A stretch of DNA of 64,000 bases, from positions 14,343 to 78,342 of the forward strand of contig CAYSWN010000006.1 in assembly GCA_964434675.1 (NCBI GenBank). The letters are read 5' to 3'. Shown here in pieces: positions 47,293-56,525 of the stretch. Position numbers and translations under genes: made by a program. This DNA comes from an uncultured Ignavibacterium sp. Its GTDB lineage: Bacteria; Bacteroidota; Ignavibacteria; Ignavibacteriales; Ignavibacteriaceae. How positions within the stretch are numbered: position 1 is the stretch's first letter; every line of letters starts with the position of its first letter. The notes under the pieces are model-generated. The model saw only the letters and a list, made by a program, of their open reading frames with translations. It was not told the origin of the DNA and searched no databases.

Positions 47293-48497
47293 CATTTTTT
47301 TAATAAAATTTTAAATGTTGTTCCTTCATTTGGGTCTGAATTTTTTACAAATATTTTACCACCGTGGTAACCCTCGATTATTCTTTTAGAAAGACTCAAT
47401 CCTAAACCCCAGCCGCGTTTTTTAGTGCTGTAACCGGGTCTAAAAACATCTTTACGTCTTCGTAAATCTATCCCTTTACCGTTATCGGATACTTCAATCT
47501 CAATATTTTTTTTGGATTCTACTATATCAATATTAATCTTTCCGTTTTTACTTTCGATAGCATCCAACGCATTTTTAATTAAGTTTTCTAAAACCCACTC
47601 AAATAATTCGCCGTTCATTTTAGCGCAGCAAGTTTGATTACCGCTTACAGTTAAATCAACAGTTTTGCCAGTTTGCGGAAGTCTTCGATTAAAATACTCT
47701 GTAACCTTTTTGGCTTCTTCATACACAATATGATTTTTTATTTCCGGCTTAGCACCTATTTTAGAAAAACGATAAGTTATCTTATTAAGTTTTTCTACAT
47801 CGCTTGAAATTTCTTCAGTAATATCAAGAATTGCATCCGGTTTTTGGTAATTAAGTTTCATCATTTCGATCCAGCCCATTAAGCTCGAAATCGGAGTACC
47901 AAACTGGTGTGCTGTTTCCTTTGCCATTCCAACCCAAATATTACTTTGCTCACTTCGCTTAATTTGACTGAATCCGATGTAGCCAATAATAATAAATAAT
48001 GCGGCAATAATAATTTGTAGGTAAGGATAAAATTTAAGTTGCTTGATAAGCTCAGAATCTCCGTAGTGAATACGTTGCAGAATAATAGTATCCGCATAAG
48101 TAACATTTATTGGTTGATGAATCGCATCCATCTGTTTTATCAGATTCTGAAAGTAAGCTTTTTTCTGTTCTGCGGTTAATGTTGAATCATACTTTACATT
48201 TTTAATATCTAAACTGTTGTCTGGGTTTACGATATTTGTACTGTCGGTAAGAATAATTGGAAAATCAATTGGCTTTATGATGTTATCAAATAGAAAAGTT
48301 AAATCCATATCTGTTGATGAAGAATTTGCAAGATATTCAATTCCTTTTGCATAAAGTTCGACGATGCTTCTTTCTCGTTCCTGTAATTTGTTTACAAGAT
48401 TTTGTGTGTAGTATAAGGTTCCGCCTGCAATTGCAAGAGCAATAATTAGCAGAATAATTTTGAAGTTTACTGAAGCAGGACCACCGGACATTTTCAT
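47289..48497 (-). CDS. Sensor histidine kinase (two TM helices, periplasmic loop), no adjacent response regulator
   Basis: H-box [14 protein letters not shown]-box [11 protein letters not shown]1 DNGKGI, G2 GWGLGLSL. Its TAG stop overlaps the nadA TAA stop (CTAA at 47289-47292). Confidence 0.85.
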   Translation of the reverse strand: MKMSGGPASVNFKIILLIIALAIAGGTLYYTQNLVNKLQERERSIVELYAKGIEYLANSSSTDMDLTFLFDNIIKPIDFPIILTDSTNIVNPDNSLDIKNVKYDSTLTAEQKKAYFQNLIKQMDAIHQPINVTYADTIILQRIHYGDSELIKQLKFYPYLQIIIAALFIIIGYIGFSQIKRSEQSNIWVGMAKETAHQFGTPISSLMGWIEMMKLNYQKPDAILDITEEISSDVEKLNKITYRFSKIGAKPEIKNHIVYEEAKKVTEYFNRRLPQTGKTVDLTVSGNQTCCAKMNGELFEWVLENLIKNALDAIESKNGKINIDIVESKKNIEIEVSDNGKGIDLRRRKDVFRPGYSTKKRGWGLGLSLSKRIIEGYHGGKIFVKNSDPNEGTTFKILLKKC

Positions 48498-48580
48498 AGG
48501 ATATTCAATCTAATGTTTTATTGTGGTAAAGATTAAATAATTAAGAAGTAAAATCCAGATTAAAAGGAATCTCTTAATAC

Positions 48581-49867
<1,287 letters not shown>

Positions 49868-49883
49868 TTAATTGTTAGATATT

Positions 49884-49923
49884 ATACAAAATAAAAACTC
49901 CGCATTAAAGTAATACGGAGTTT
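49884..49923 (-). terminator. Rho-independent terminator after STAS copy 1 (upstream of purA)
   Basis: On the minus strand: AAACTCCG - loop - CGGAGTTT followed by TTATTTTG. Confidence 0.7.
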
Positions 49924-49948
49924 AATAAACGCAAATAAGATTTATTTA

Positions 49949-50287
49949 TTAATCAAAGCTTTTTACTGCTTCTTCAACTGTATCAAAAGATTCAAAAATT
50001 GTAATAAGCTTTGTTATAATTAATAAGCTCTCAATTTTTTCTGTAACGTGCGCAAGAATTAATCTTCCATTCTCACGTTTCATTGTTGTTAAACCGCTAA
50101 TAAGCATACCTAGACCGGAACTGTTCATAAATTTAACAGCAGAAAGATCAACAATTACATTTTTCTTTCCTTCATCAATAAGTTTGTGCAACAGTTCATT
50201 AAATTCTTTAGTATCCTCGCCGCCCATAACATTACCTTTTAACTCTACGATAACGGCGTTATACTTCTCTAATAGTTTTGTTTTCAT
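49949..50287 (-). CDS. STAS domain anti-sigma-factor antagonist (SpoIIAA/RsbV-like), copy 1
   Basis: 112 aa. The phosphorylatable-serine context DLSAVKFMNSSGLGMLIS. GGAG lies 8 nt upstream of the ATG. Confidence 0.85.
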   Translation of the reverse strand: MKTKLLEKYNAVIVELKGNVMGGEDTKEFNELLHKLIDEGKKNVIVDLSAVKFMNSSGLGMLISGLTTMKRENGRLILAHVTEKIESLLIITKLITIFESFDTVEEAVKSFD

Positions 50288-50422
50288 TAAAAATCTCCAA
50301 AAATTTCTTCGTCAATTTAAGTAAGCTTAATTACTCATGCAAGCAGGATTTTGCATGATTATTATTACTTTTTACCGGTTATCAATTTTGGCATTTGGAC
50401 AAACAAAATATTAATTATTTTA

Positions 50423-50447
50423 GGAACCAAAACAATAAAGTAACGTC
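50423..50447 (+). promoter_or_regulatory. ECF-type promoter (GGAAC-N16-CGTC) directly upstream of the ECF sigma gene
   Basis: GGAAC at 50423-50427, a 16-nt spacer, CGTC at 50444-50447. The ATG at 50454 begins 7 nt after the -10 C. This matches the general AAC/CGT architecture of ECF promoters. Confidence 0.5.
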
Positions 50448-50453
50448 TAAACT

Positions 50454-51038
50454 ATGGATAACGAACAAAAAGAGAATATGCTGCAGCCAAAAATTCTAAG
50501 TCTTGATGATGATTTTTCACTTATAAAACAATTTATTGATGGAGATGAATTGGTTTTTAGTGAATTGGTAAAACGGCACAAAGAAAAAGTTAGAAATATT
50601 ATCTATCTAACTTTATCCAACACAGACAGCGTTGATGATATTGCTCAGGAAGTTTTTATTACTGTTTACAAACATTTAAAGAATTTTAGGTTTGAATCTC
50701 AGTTTACAACCTGGCTTTACAGAATTACTATTAATAAATGTAAAGATCATCTAAGGAAAAAAAATATTAGAAGCATATTTTTACCTTTAAAAGATGATGA
50801 ACCCGTTTTTGAATCTATCAACGAAGACACTGATATTAAACATATTGTTGGAAATGCAATTGCAACTTTGCCGGATAAATTGCGAATTCCCCTTGTGCTG
50901 AAAGATCTTGAAGGATTTAGTTATCAGGAAATTGCTGATACGATGGAATGTGAAATTGGAACTGTAAAATCAAGAATATTTAGAGCAAGAGAGGCTCTTA
51001 AAAAAATACTTAAGCCTCTTGAAAAAGAATTGATGTGA
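50454..51038 (+). CDS. ECF-type RNA polymerase sigma-70 family factor
   Basis: Region 2 (DIAQEVFITVYKHL, WLYRITINKCKDHLRK) and region 4 HTH (SYQEIADTMECEIGTVKSRIFRAREAL). An alternative start is ATG 50478. Confidence 0.9.
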   Translation: MDNEQKENMLQPKILSLDDDFSLIKQFIDGDELVFSELVKRHKEKVRNIIYLTLSNTDSVDDIAQEVFITVYKHLKNFRFESQFTTWLYRITINKCKDHLRKKNIRSIFLPLKDDEPVFESINEDTDIKHIVGNAIATLPDKLRIPLVLKDLEGFSYQEIADTMECEIGTVKSRIFRAREALKKILKPLEKELM

Positions 51039-52606
51039 TGAAAAGAAATAAAGACATAGAACTACTTTCCGCTTATGTGGATGGAGAATTATCCCAACCG
51101 GAAAAAAAATATATTGAAGAAAAAATTAAATCTTCTTTAGAGTTACAAAAAGAGTTATCTGATTTAAAAAAGCTTAAAGAATTAGCCGCAGGTTCTTTTG
51201 ATAGAATTTCCGAATCTCCATATTTTGAAACAAGATTGTTTACAAATCTTAATTCAGAAAATTCATCTAAGATTAATCTAAAAAAATGGATTCCGATTAC
51301 ATCACTTACAATAATTACTTTAGCGCTGATGGCTGTGCTAAAGTTCAATCCAAATCTTATTGATAATCTTATCAATCAACAAAAAACTAATCTTGCAGGA
51401 TTTTATAAAGAAAACTTGCAGCCTTTACTTTATGCTGCTGATTTAACTAACGAAGACATTTTTAATTTTGCCGTTTATCAAGAACTTCCGTTAGATAACA
51501 CAAACAATCAAGTGCTTAAGCTTGGTAACGATGATAAGGGCAAAGAATTTTTTGAGATTAAAAAAGCAAACACAATTGCTAATAAAAATAACTTACAAAA
51601 GTTTGTTGCCGCCCTTGATTTTGATCCGGAAGAAAGCCAAAAGATTGATTCGATTATAGGATCATATTCCGATCAAATATCATCCTTGGTTTTAGTTAAT
51701 GATAAAAATGCTGTTGCAATAAATCCTAAAATCTGGAATACAAGAAAATTAATTCTTGCCGATATTCTTGCATTTGCTAAAAATCATGCATCATCCAACC
51801 TTAACAAAATTATTCCTGAGCAGGCAATTCAGTTTGATAATCATTCAATTGCAAAATGGGTTAATGAAGCTAAATCATTAAAAGATGACCAATACATTTT
51901 CTGCACTACTGATTCAATCTTTAAAGAAGATTTTGTTTTTGATATGAATGAGTTCAAAAAAAATATGAAGGAGATGACAAAAGAAATTGCTGAATTGAAT
52001 AATCAAAAATCAGCTTTGCGCGAATATCACTTTAAAATTGATTCAACTGTTAATAAACAAAAAAAGAATTCTAATTGGGAAAAGCAGTTTGAGGTTTTTG
52101 TAGATACAAATCTTATAAAAGTAAGCGTGCAAAATGTTGCAATGGATTTCCCTGAAATTAATTTTCCGAATTTTGATAGCATTGCAAATATTATCCACGA
52201 AGCAACACAAAATATCAGAACTGTTCGTCCGCCTTCACCTCCTATGACAGTTGGAAATAAAGGTTACAATTATGAATTCAATACAGTTGTGCCAGAGAAA
52301 AAATATGGTACAGATGTTAATCTTGATTCCTTAATGCACGTAAAAAATTTAAAGAATGATAAAAATCGCATCGAACAAAACGAACGAATGAAAAAGGATT
52401 CAAGTGAAAACGACGTTCAGTTTTTTAATAACGATAGCCTGATACTTTTACAGAACAGAGAACTAAAAAAAGAAATGGATAAGCTTAGAAAAGAGTTGCA
52501 AAGGTTTAGAGAAGATTTTAGTATTCCAAATGAATCAGATTCCGGACAGAGCAAAAAAAACAAACAGAATATTAATCCCGCAGGTATCGATGGGATTGAA
52601 ATATGA
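51038..52606 (+). CDS. Putative anti-sigma factor (single-pass membrane protein with large extracytoplasmic domain)
   Basis: The N-terminal LLSAYVDGELS motif is typical of ECF anti-sigma factors. One TM (ITSLTIITLALMAVL). The ATG shares one base with the sigma TGA stop (TGATG). I recognise nothing in the ~420-aa C-terminal part. Confidence 0.6.
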   Translation: MKRNKDIELLSAYVDGELSQPEKKYIEEKIKSSLELQKELSDLKKLKELAAGSFDRISESPYFETRLFTNLNSENSSKINLKKWIPITSLTIITLALMAVLKFNPNLIDNLINQQKTNLAGFYKENLQPLLYAADLTNEDIFNFAVYQELPLDNTNNQVLKLGNDDKGKEFFEIKKANTIANKNNLQKFVAALDFDPEESQKIDSIIGSYSDQISSLVLVNDKNAVAINPKIWNTRKLILADILAFAKNHASSNLNKIIPEQAIQFDNHSIAKWVNEAKSLKDDQYIFCTTDSIFKEDFVFDMNEFKKNMKEMTKEIAELNNQKSALREYHFKIDSTVNKQKKNSNWEKQFEVFVDTNLIKVSVQNVAMDFPEINFPNFDSIANIIHEATQNIRTVRPPSPPMTVGNKGYNYEFNTVVPEKKYGTDVNLDSLMHVKNLKNDKNRIEQNERMKKDSSENDVQFFNNDSLILLQNRELKKEMDKLRKELQRFREDFSIPNESDSGQSKKNKQNINPAGIDGIEI

Positions 52607-52803
52607 TCTTCAAGACTGATTTAATTAATCAGTTTATTGAGATTAGCGCACATTTTTTATTTTGAGATTTTTCTATCAGTTAACAACTTATACTTAGCAA
52701 AGTACTTAGGCTAATAATTAAATAATATAAGTTGAATGCATTTATTGTGAGCCTATTACTAGGGTTTCTAAGAATGCATAGCATAAATACCAGGAGGTCC
52801 AAA

Positions 52804-53460
52804 ATGAAAACCATTGCATTGTTCGCTTGTATTTTCTTTGCCGTTAGTTCCTTCGCTCAAGAAATATCAGTTACCAATCCTTCCAGCAGAATTTTTATTG
52901 GCACAAGTGTTCATTCCAATATTACAGGTGCAAAAAATCTTGGTATGGGGTTAAGGTTATCAGTCGGGTATAATCTAAATGAAAATATGACCTTTCTATT
53001 TTCTACTGGTTATATGACGAGCTATACAGATCCTTATTCGTCAGTTCAGCAAAGAACTTATGAATATTCAATAAATGATTACATTACGACGACTAATTTT
53101 ACTGGAAGACAGGACCGTAAATTTATTCCAATTGATTTTTCTTTTAGATATAATTTTGATTTGTGGGGTGTGCAGCCTTATGCACAACTTAACCTTGGGT
53201 GGGATTATTTTACCGATTCAGGCAATTTTAGTTATTCTACAGAAACAAGAATTGAATCAACTAATGAGTTACTTCAATCAACTACCGGCATATTTAATAA
53301 ACTTTTTAATACTCCTGCAAGTGGATTTTCCTCATTCAGAACTGGTTTAGGATTAGGCGTTTTAGTTCCTGTTTCCGGTCAATTGAAACTTGATTTCTCG
53401 TATTATTATACTTCTCACAACAATAGTATTGGAATTGGTATGAATTTAAATATAAAATAG
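52804..53460 (+). CDS. Putative outer-membrane beta-barrel protein
   Basis: ATG 52804 is preceded by AGGAGG. Signal peptide MKTIALFACIFFAVSSFAQ. Alternating hydrophobic/aromatic beta-strand pattern and Gly/Tyr-rich composition. The family is not resolved. Confidence 0.55.
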   Translation: MKTIALFACIFFAVSSFAQEISVTNPSSRIFIGTSVHSNITGAKNLGMGLRLSVGYNLNENMTFLFSTGYMTSYTDPYSSVQQRTYEYSINDYITTTNFTGRQDRKFIPIDFSFRYNFDLWGVQPYAQLNLGWDYFTDSGNFSYSTETRIESTNELLQSTTGIFNKLFNTPASGFSSFRTGLGLGVLVPVSGQLKLDFSYYYTSHNNSIGIGMNLNIK

Positions 53461-53484
53461 CCATAAAGTTTCAATTTTATTGCA

Positions 53485-53528
53485 AACTGTTTGTTCACAA
53501 TAAAAAGTTAACAAACAGTTAATTTTTA
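53485..53528 (+). terminator. Rho-independent terminator after the beta-barrel gene
   Basis: 11-bp perfect stem AACTGTTTGTT / AACAAACAGTT (53485-53495 / 53510-53520) followed by AATTTTTA. Confidence 0.75.
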
Positions 53529-53657
53529 TACGCCGCAAGTCCATCTATTTTACCGCACTTCAAACCATTTTCCTTCCATAATTCTTTTCTTTAAATCAAA
53601 TAAAAATTGATTTATTTTTAAGTATCAGTAAATACTCTCAAAATAAATTGGCTTAAC

Positions 53658-55775
53658 TTGAGCATTAACAACCTCAAAATAAATTTTAATCTTATTATTT
53701 GGATTATTGCCTCTCTGGCGCTTTCTGTTTTTGTTTATCGGTTACTCTTTTTTTCTGCCAATTCACATCTATTTTTTATTATAAATGATCTATTTGCTGC
53801 ACTGCTTTTATTTGTACTGATTCTATTTTTGATTAAATCTATAGGAAGAAAAAATCCCCATCCATCCGCACTCGTTTTAAATATTGGAATTATAAGCGCA
53901 TTCGTATTTCTAATTATGATGTTTGCTGAAAATATTTTAGACATTCAAATAAAAAGCATAAGCGAAAATCTTGCCTACCGGGGAATTTTTGAAAATCTTT
54001 TGCAAACTTTTTATGGTTTGATGTTTCTTGGAATTGCAGGTTACTTTTTTACTGCCTACAAGGAAATGTATTTCTACAAACAGCAAAGCAGAAAAAATAC
54101 TTACTTTGTTACGATGACCGTATTTATTGGTTTATCCGCAATATCAAATTTATTTTTTAGCGAAGAAAAATATCAATTTATATATAACACTTTTTTTATA
54201 ATCTCAATTATTCTGATAGTATTTAATTCAATTAAGATTTCCTGGATTGCCTTCATATCAAAAAAAGAAAAAATTTCCTTAATTATTCTTTCGGTTATTA
54301 TTTCTTCATTGTTCATTATAAATCTAATCTATAATGGCAGAGCAGATTTTAATGGAACAGTTTTATCAAGCTTCTCGCCAACTGTTTATCAGTTCTTTAA
54401 TCTAATTCTGATTTACGGCGCAATTTATTTTCTTGTTTTATTTTTTACTACACTGTTTCATATTCCAACTGCGGAAGCTTACGATAGAAAAGCAAATGAA
54501 GTTTCATCCTTACAATTTTTCAGCAAGTTAATCACGCAGGTTTTAGATATTGAAGAGCTTGCAGAAACAATTACAGATATAACCACAAAAGTTAGCAGTG
54601 CCGATGCAGCGTGGATTATTATTTATGAAAATGGTGCACAAAAAATTCTATCCAACAAAAACATTGCATTTGTTGATGCTGATTTGATAAATCAATACTT
54701 ATTAGAAAGCGGCATTTGTGATAAAATAACAGAAACAAAAATTTGCAGCCTGCAAAAGTTTATAAACAAATCTCAGCTCTCAGAAAAATATGGCAGCATT
54801 GCAATTTCTCCCTTAAGATGTTACAATGAAGTTAAAGGGTATCTAATAGCTGCCAGAAAAAATGAACTTATTTTTTATGAGGAAGATAAAACCGCCATAA
54901 ATACTTTTTCTGATTATGCATCCATCGCGATAGAAAATTCTTTATTACTTGAACAATCAATCGAAAAAGAAAGACTGGAAAAGGAACTTGATGTTGCAAG
55001 AGATATCCAAAAAAAAATATTACCATTAAAGGATCCGGAATTTAAAAATCTTTCTGTTTCATCTGTATTCATTCCTGCGTTTGAGGTTGGCGGTGATTAC
55101 TATGATTACTTTGAAATATCAAATAACAAATTTGCATTCATAATCGCTGATGTTTCCGGCAAAGGCATTTCAGCCGCATTTATTATGGCTGAAGTGAAAG
55201 GGATATTTAGTTCTCTTTCAAGGATGCTCGAAAGTCCGAAAGAAATATTAATAAAAGCAAATGAAATATTGCAGCAAACACTTAACAAGAAAAATTTTGT
55301 AAGTGCTTTGTACGGTATCATTGATTTTGAAAAAGAGAACATTCGATTTGCTCGAGCAGGTCATTGTCCCGCAATATTAATTAGGGATAATTCTGTTGAA
55401 ATGTTTAAACCTTCCGGAATTGGTTTGGGGCTTACAAATAATATTTTATTCAGCAATCATTTAGAAGAAATTAAAATTGATTTTAAAGGAAACGATACAG
55501 TAGTTTTTTACACCGATGGAATTACAGAAGCTAAAAATAAAGAGTTTGAAGATTTTGGTGAGCAAAGATTTTCAGAAATTTTAATTGAGCATTCTAGCAA
55601 ATCGGTTAATCAAATTGCAAATGAAGTAATAAAAGATGTTACATTATTTTCCAAAAACCACACACAATATGACGATATAACTTTAGTTATATTTAAGTGG
55701 CATAAAAAAAATAACATAGATGGAGTTAAAGAATGGCTGAGTTCAACACCTCAATTAAAGAACAAGGTGCTGTAA
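53658..55775 (+). CDS. Multi-TM (about 8 helices) + GAF + SpoIIE/PP2C serine phosphatase
   Basis: 705 aa, TTG start. Hydrophobic N-terminal ~270 aa. PP2C motifs GGDYYDYF, IIADVSGKGISAA, FYTDGITEAKN and YDDITLVIF. Confidence 0.85.
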   Translation: MSINNLKINFNLIIWIIASLALSVFVYRLLFFSANSHLFFIINDLFAALLLFVLILFLIKSIGRKNPHPSALVLNIGIISAFVFLIMMFAENILDIQIKSISENLAYRGIFENLLQTFYGLMFLGIAGYFFTAYKEMYFYKQQSRKNTYFVTMTVFIGLSAISNLFFSEEKYQFIYNTFFIISIILIVFNSIKISWIAFISKKEKISLIILSVIISSLFIINLIYNGRADFNGTVLSSFSPTVYQFFNLILIYGAIYFLVLFFTTLFHIPTAEAYDRKANEVSSLQFFSKLITQVLDIEELAETITDITTKVSSADAAWIIIYENGAQKILSNKNIAFVDADLINQYLLESGICDKITETKICSLQKFINKSQLSEKYGSIAISPLRCYNEVKGYLIAARKNELIFYEEDKTAINTFSDYASIAIENSLLLEQSIEKERLEKELDVARDIQKKILPLKDPEFKNLSVSSVFIPAFEVGGDYYDYFEISNNKFAFIIADVSGKGISAAFIMAEVKGIFSSLSRMLESPKEILIKANEILQQTLNKKNFVSALYGIIDFEKENIRFARAGHCPAILIRDNSVEMFKPSGIGLGLTNNILFSNHLEEIKIDFKGNDTVVFYTDGITEAKNKEFEDFGEQRFSEILIEHSSKSVNQIANEVIKDVTLFSKNHTQYDDITLVIFKWHKKNNIDGVKEWLSSTPQLKNKVL

Positions 55776-56086
55776 GTATTATAAATTTAAGAGGATATTT
55801 GGACGCACACACTGCACCTATCCTTGAAAATAATTTTGTTGATTTGATTGATAAAAATCGTTTTAACATTGTTGTTGATTTTAAAGAGCTTGCGTACATA
55901 AGCAGCGCAGGCTTGGGCGTGTTTATGGCTTACATAGAAAAGATCCGTGAAAGCAGCGGTGATATAAAACTTTCGGGCATGAACGATAAGGTTTATAACA
56001 TTTTTGATCTACTTGGTTTTCCTTTGCTTTACGAAATATTTAAAACCGAATCAGAAGCTGTACAGAAATTTACAGAGATGAAATAA
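55733..56086 (+). CDS. STAS domain anti-sigma-factor antagonist (RsbV-like), copy 2
   Basis: 117 aa. INLRGYLDAHTAP and the phosphoserine context DFKELAYISSAGLGVFMAY. 43-nt overlap with the upstream phosphatase gene. Confidence 0.85.
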   Translation: MAEFNTSIKEQGAVSIINLRGYLDAHTAPILENNFVDLIDKNRFNIVVDFKELAYISSAGLGVFMAYIEKIRESSGDIKLSGMNDKVYNIFDLLGFPLLYEIFKTESEAVQKFTEMK

Positions 56087-56087
56087 A

Positions 56088-56525
56088 GTGAAGACAAAAA
56101 AACTTAAAGTAAAAAGCAAAACTGAAAATCTTTCACTCATCAGAGATTTTGTTAGTACCGCTGCTATAGATGCAGGTGTACAGCCTGATGTTGTAGAAAA
56201 TATCATTCTTGCTGTGGATGAAGCCTGCACAAATATTATTAAGCATGCTTATCAATCTTTTCCTGACGGGGAACTGATTATCAAAACAAAATCCACACTT
56301 TCTCGTTTTGTAGTGAGCATAACCGATTATGGAAAATCTTTTGAACCGAAAATGATTCCCGAACCAGATTTACAAAAATATTATAGACAAAAAAGAGTCG
56401 GCGGACTGGGAATGTATTTGATGAAAACTTTGATGGATGATGTTAAGTATGTTTCCGTTCCCGGAAAATATAATGAAGTGCTTTTATCAAAAAATATAAA
56501 AATGGCGCAAAGCAATGTCAGATAA
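56088..56525 (+). CDS. RsbW/SpoIIAB-like anti-sigma serine kinase (GHKL ATPase)
   Basis: 145 aa. The GTG start lies 1 nt after the STAS stop. N-box DEACTNIIKHAY, G-boxes DYGKSF and GGLGMYLM. Confidence 0.85.
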   Translation: MKTKKLKVKSKTENLSLIRDFVSTAAIDAGVQPDVVENIILAVDEACTNIIKHAYQSFPDGELIIKTKSTLSRFVVSITDYGKSFEPKMIPEPDLQKYYRQKRVGGLGMYLMKTLMDDVKYVSVPGKYNEVLLSKNIKMAQSNVR

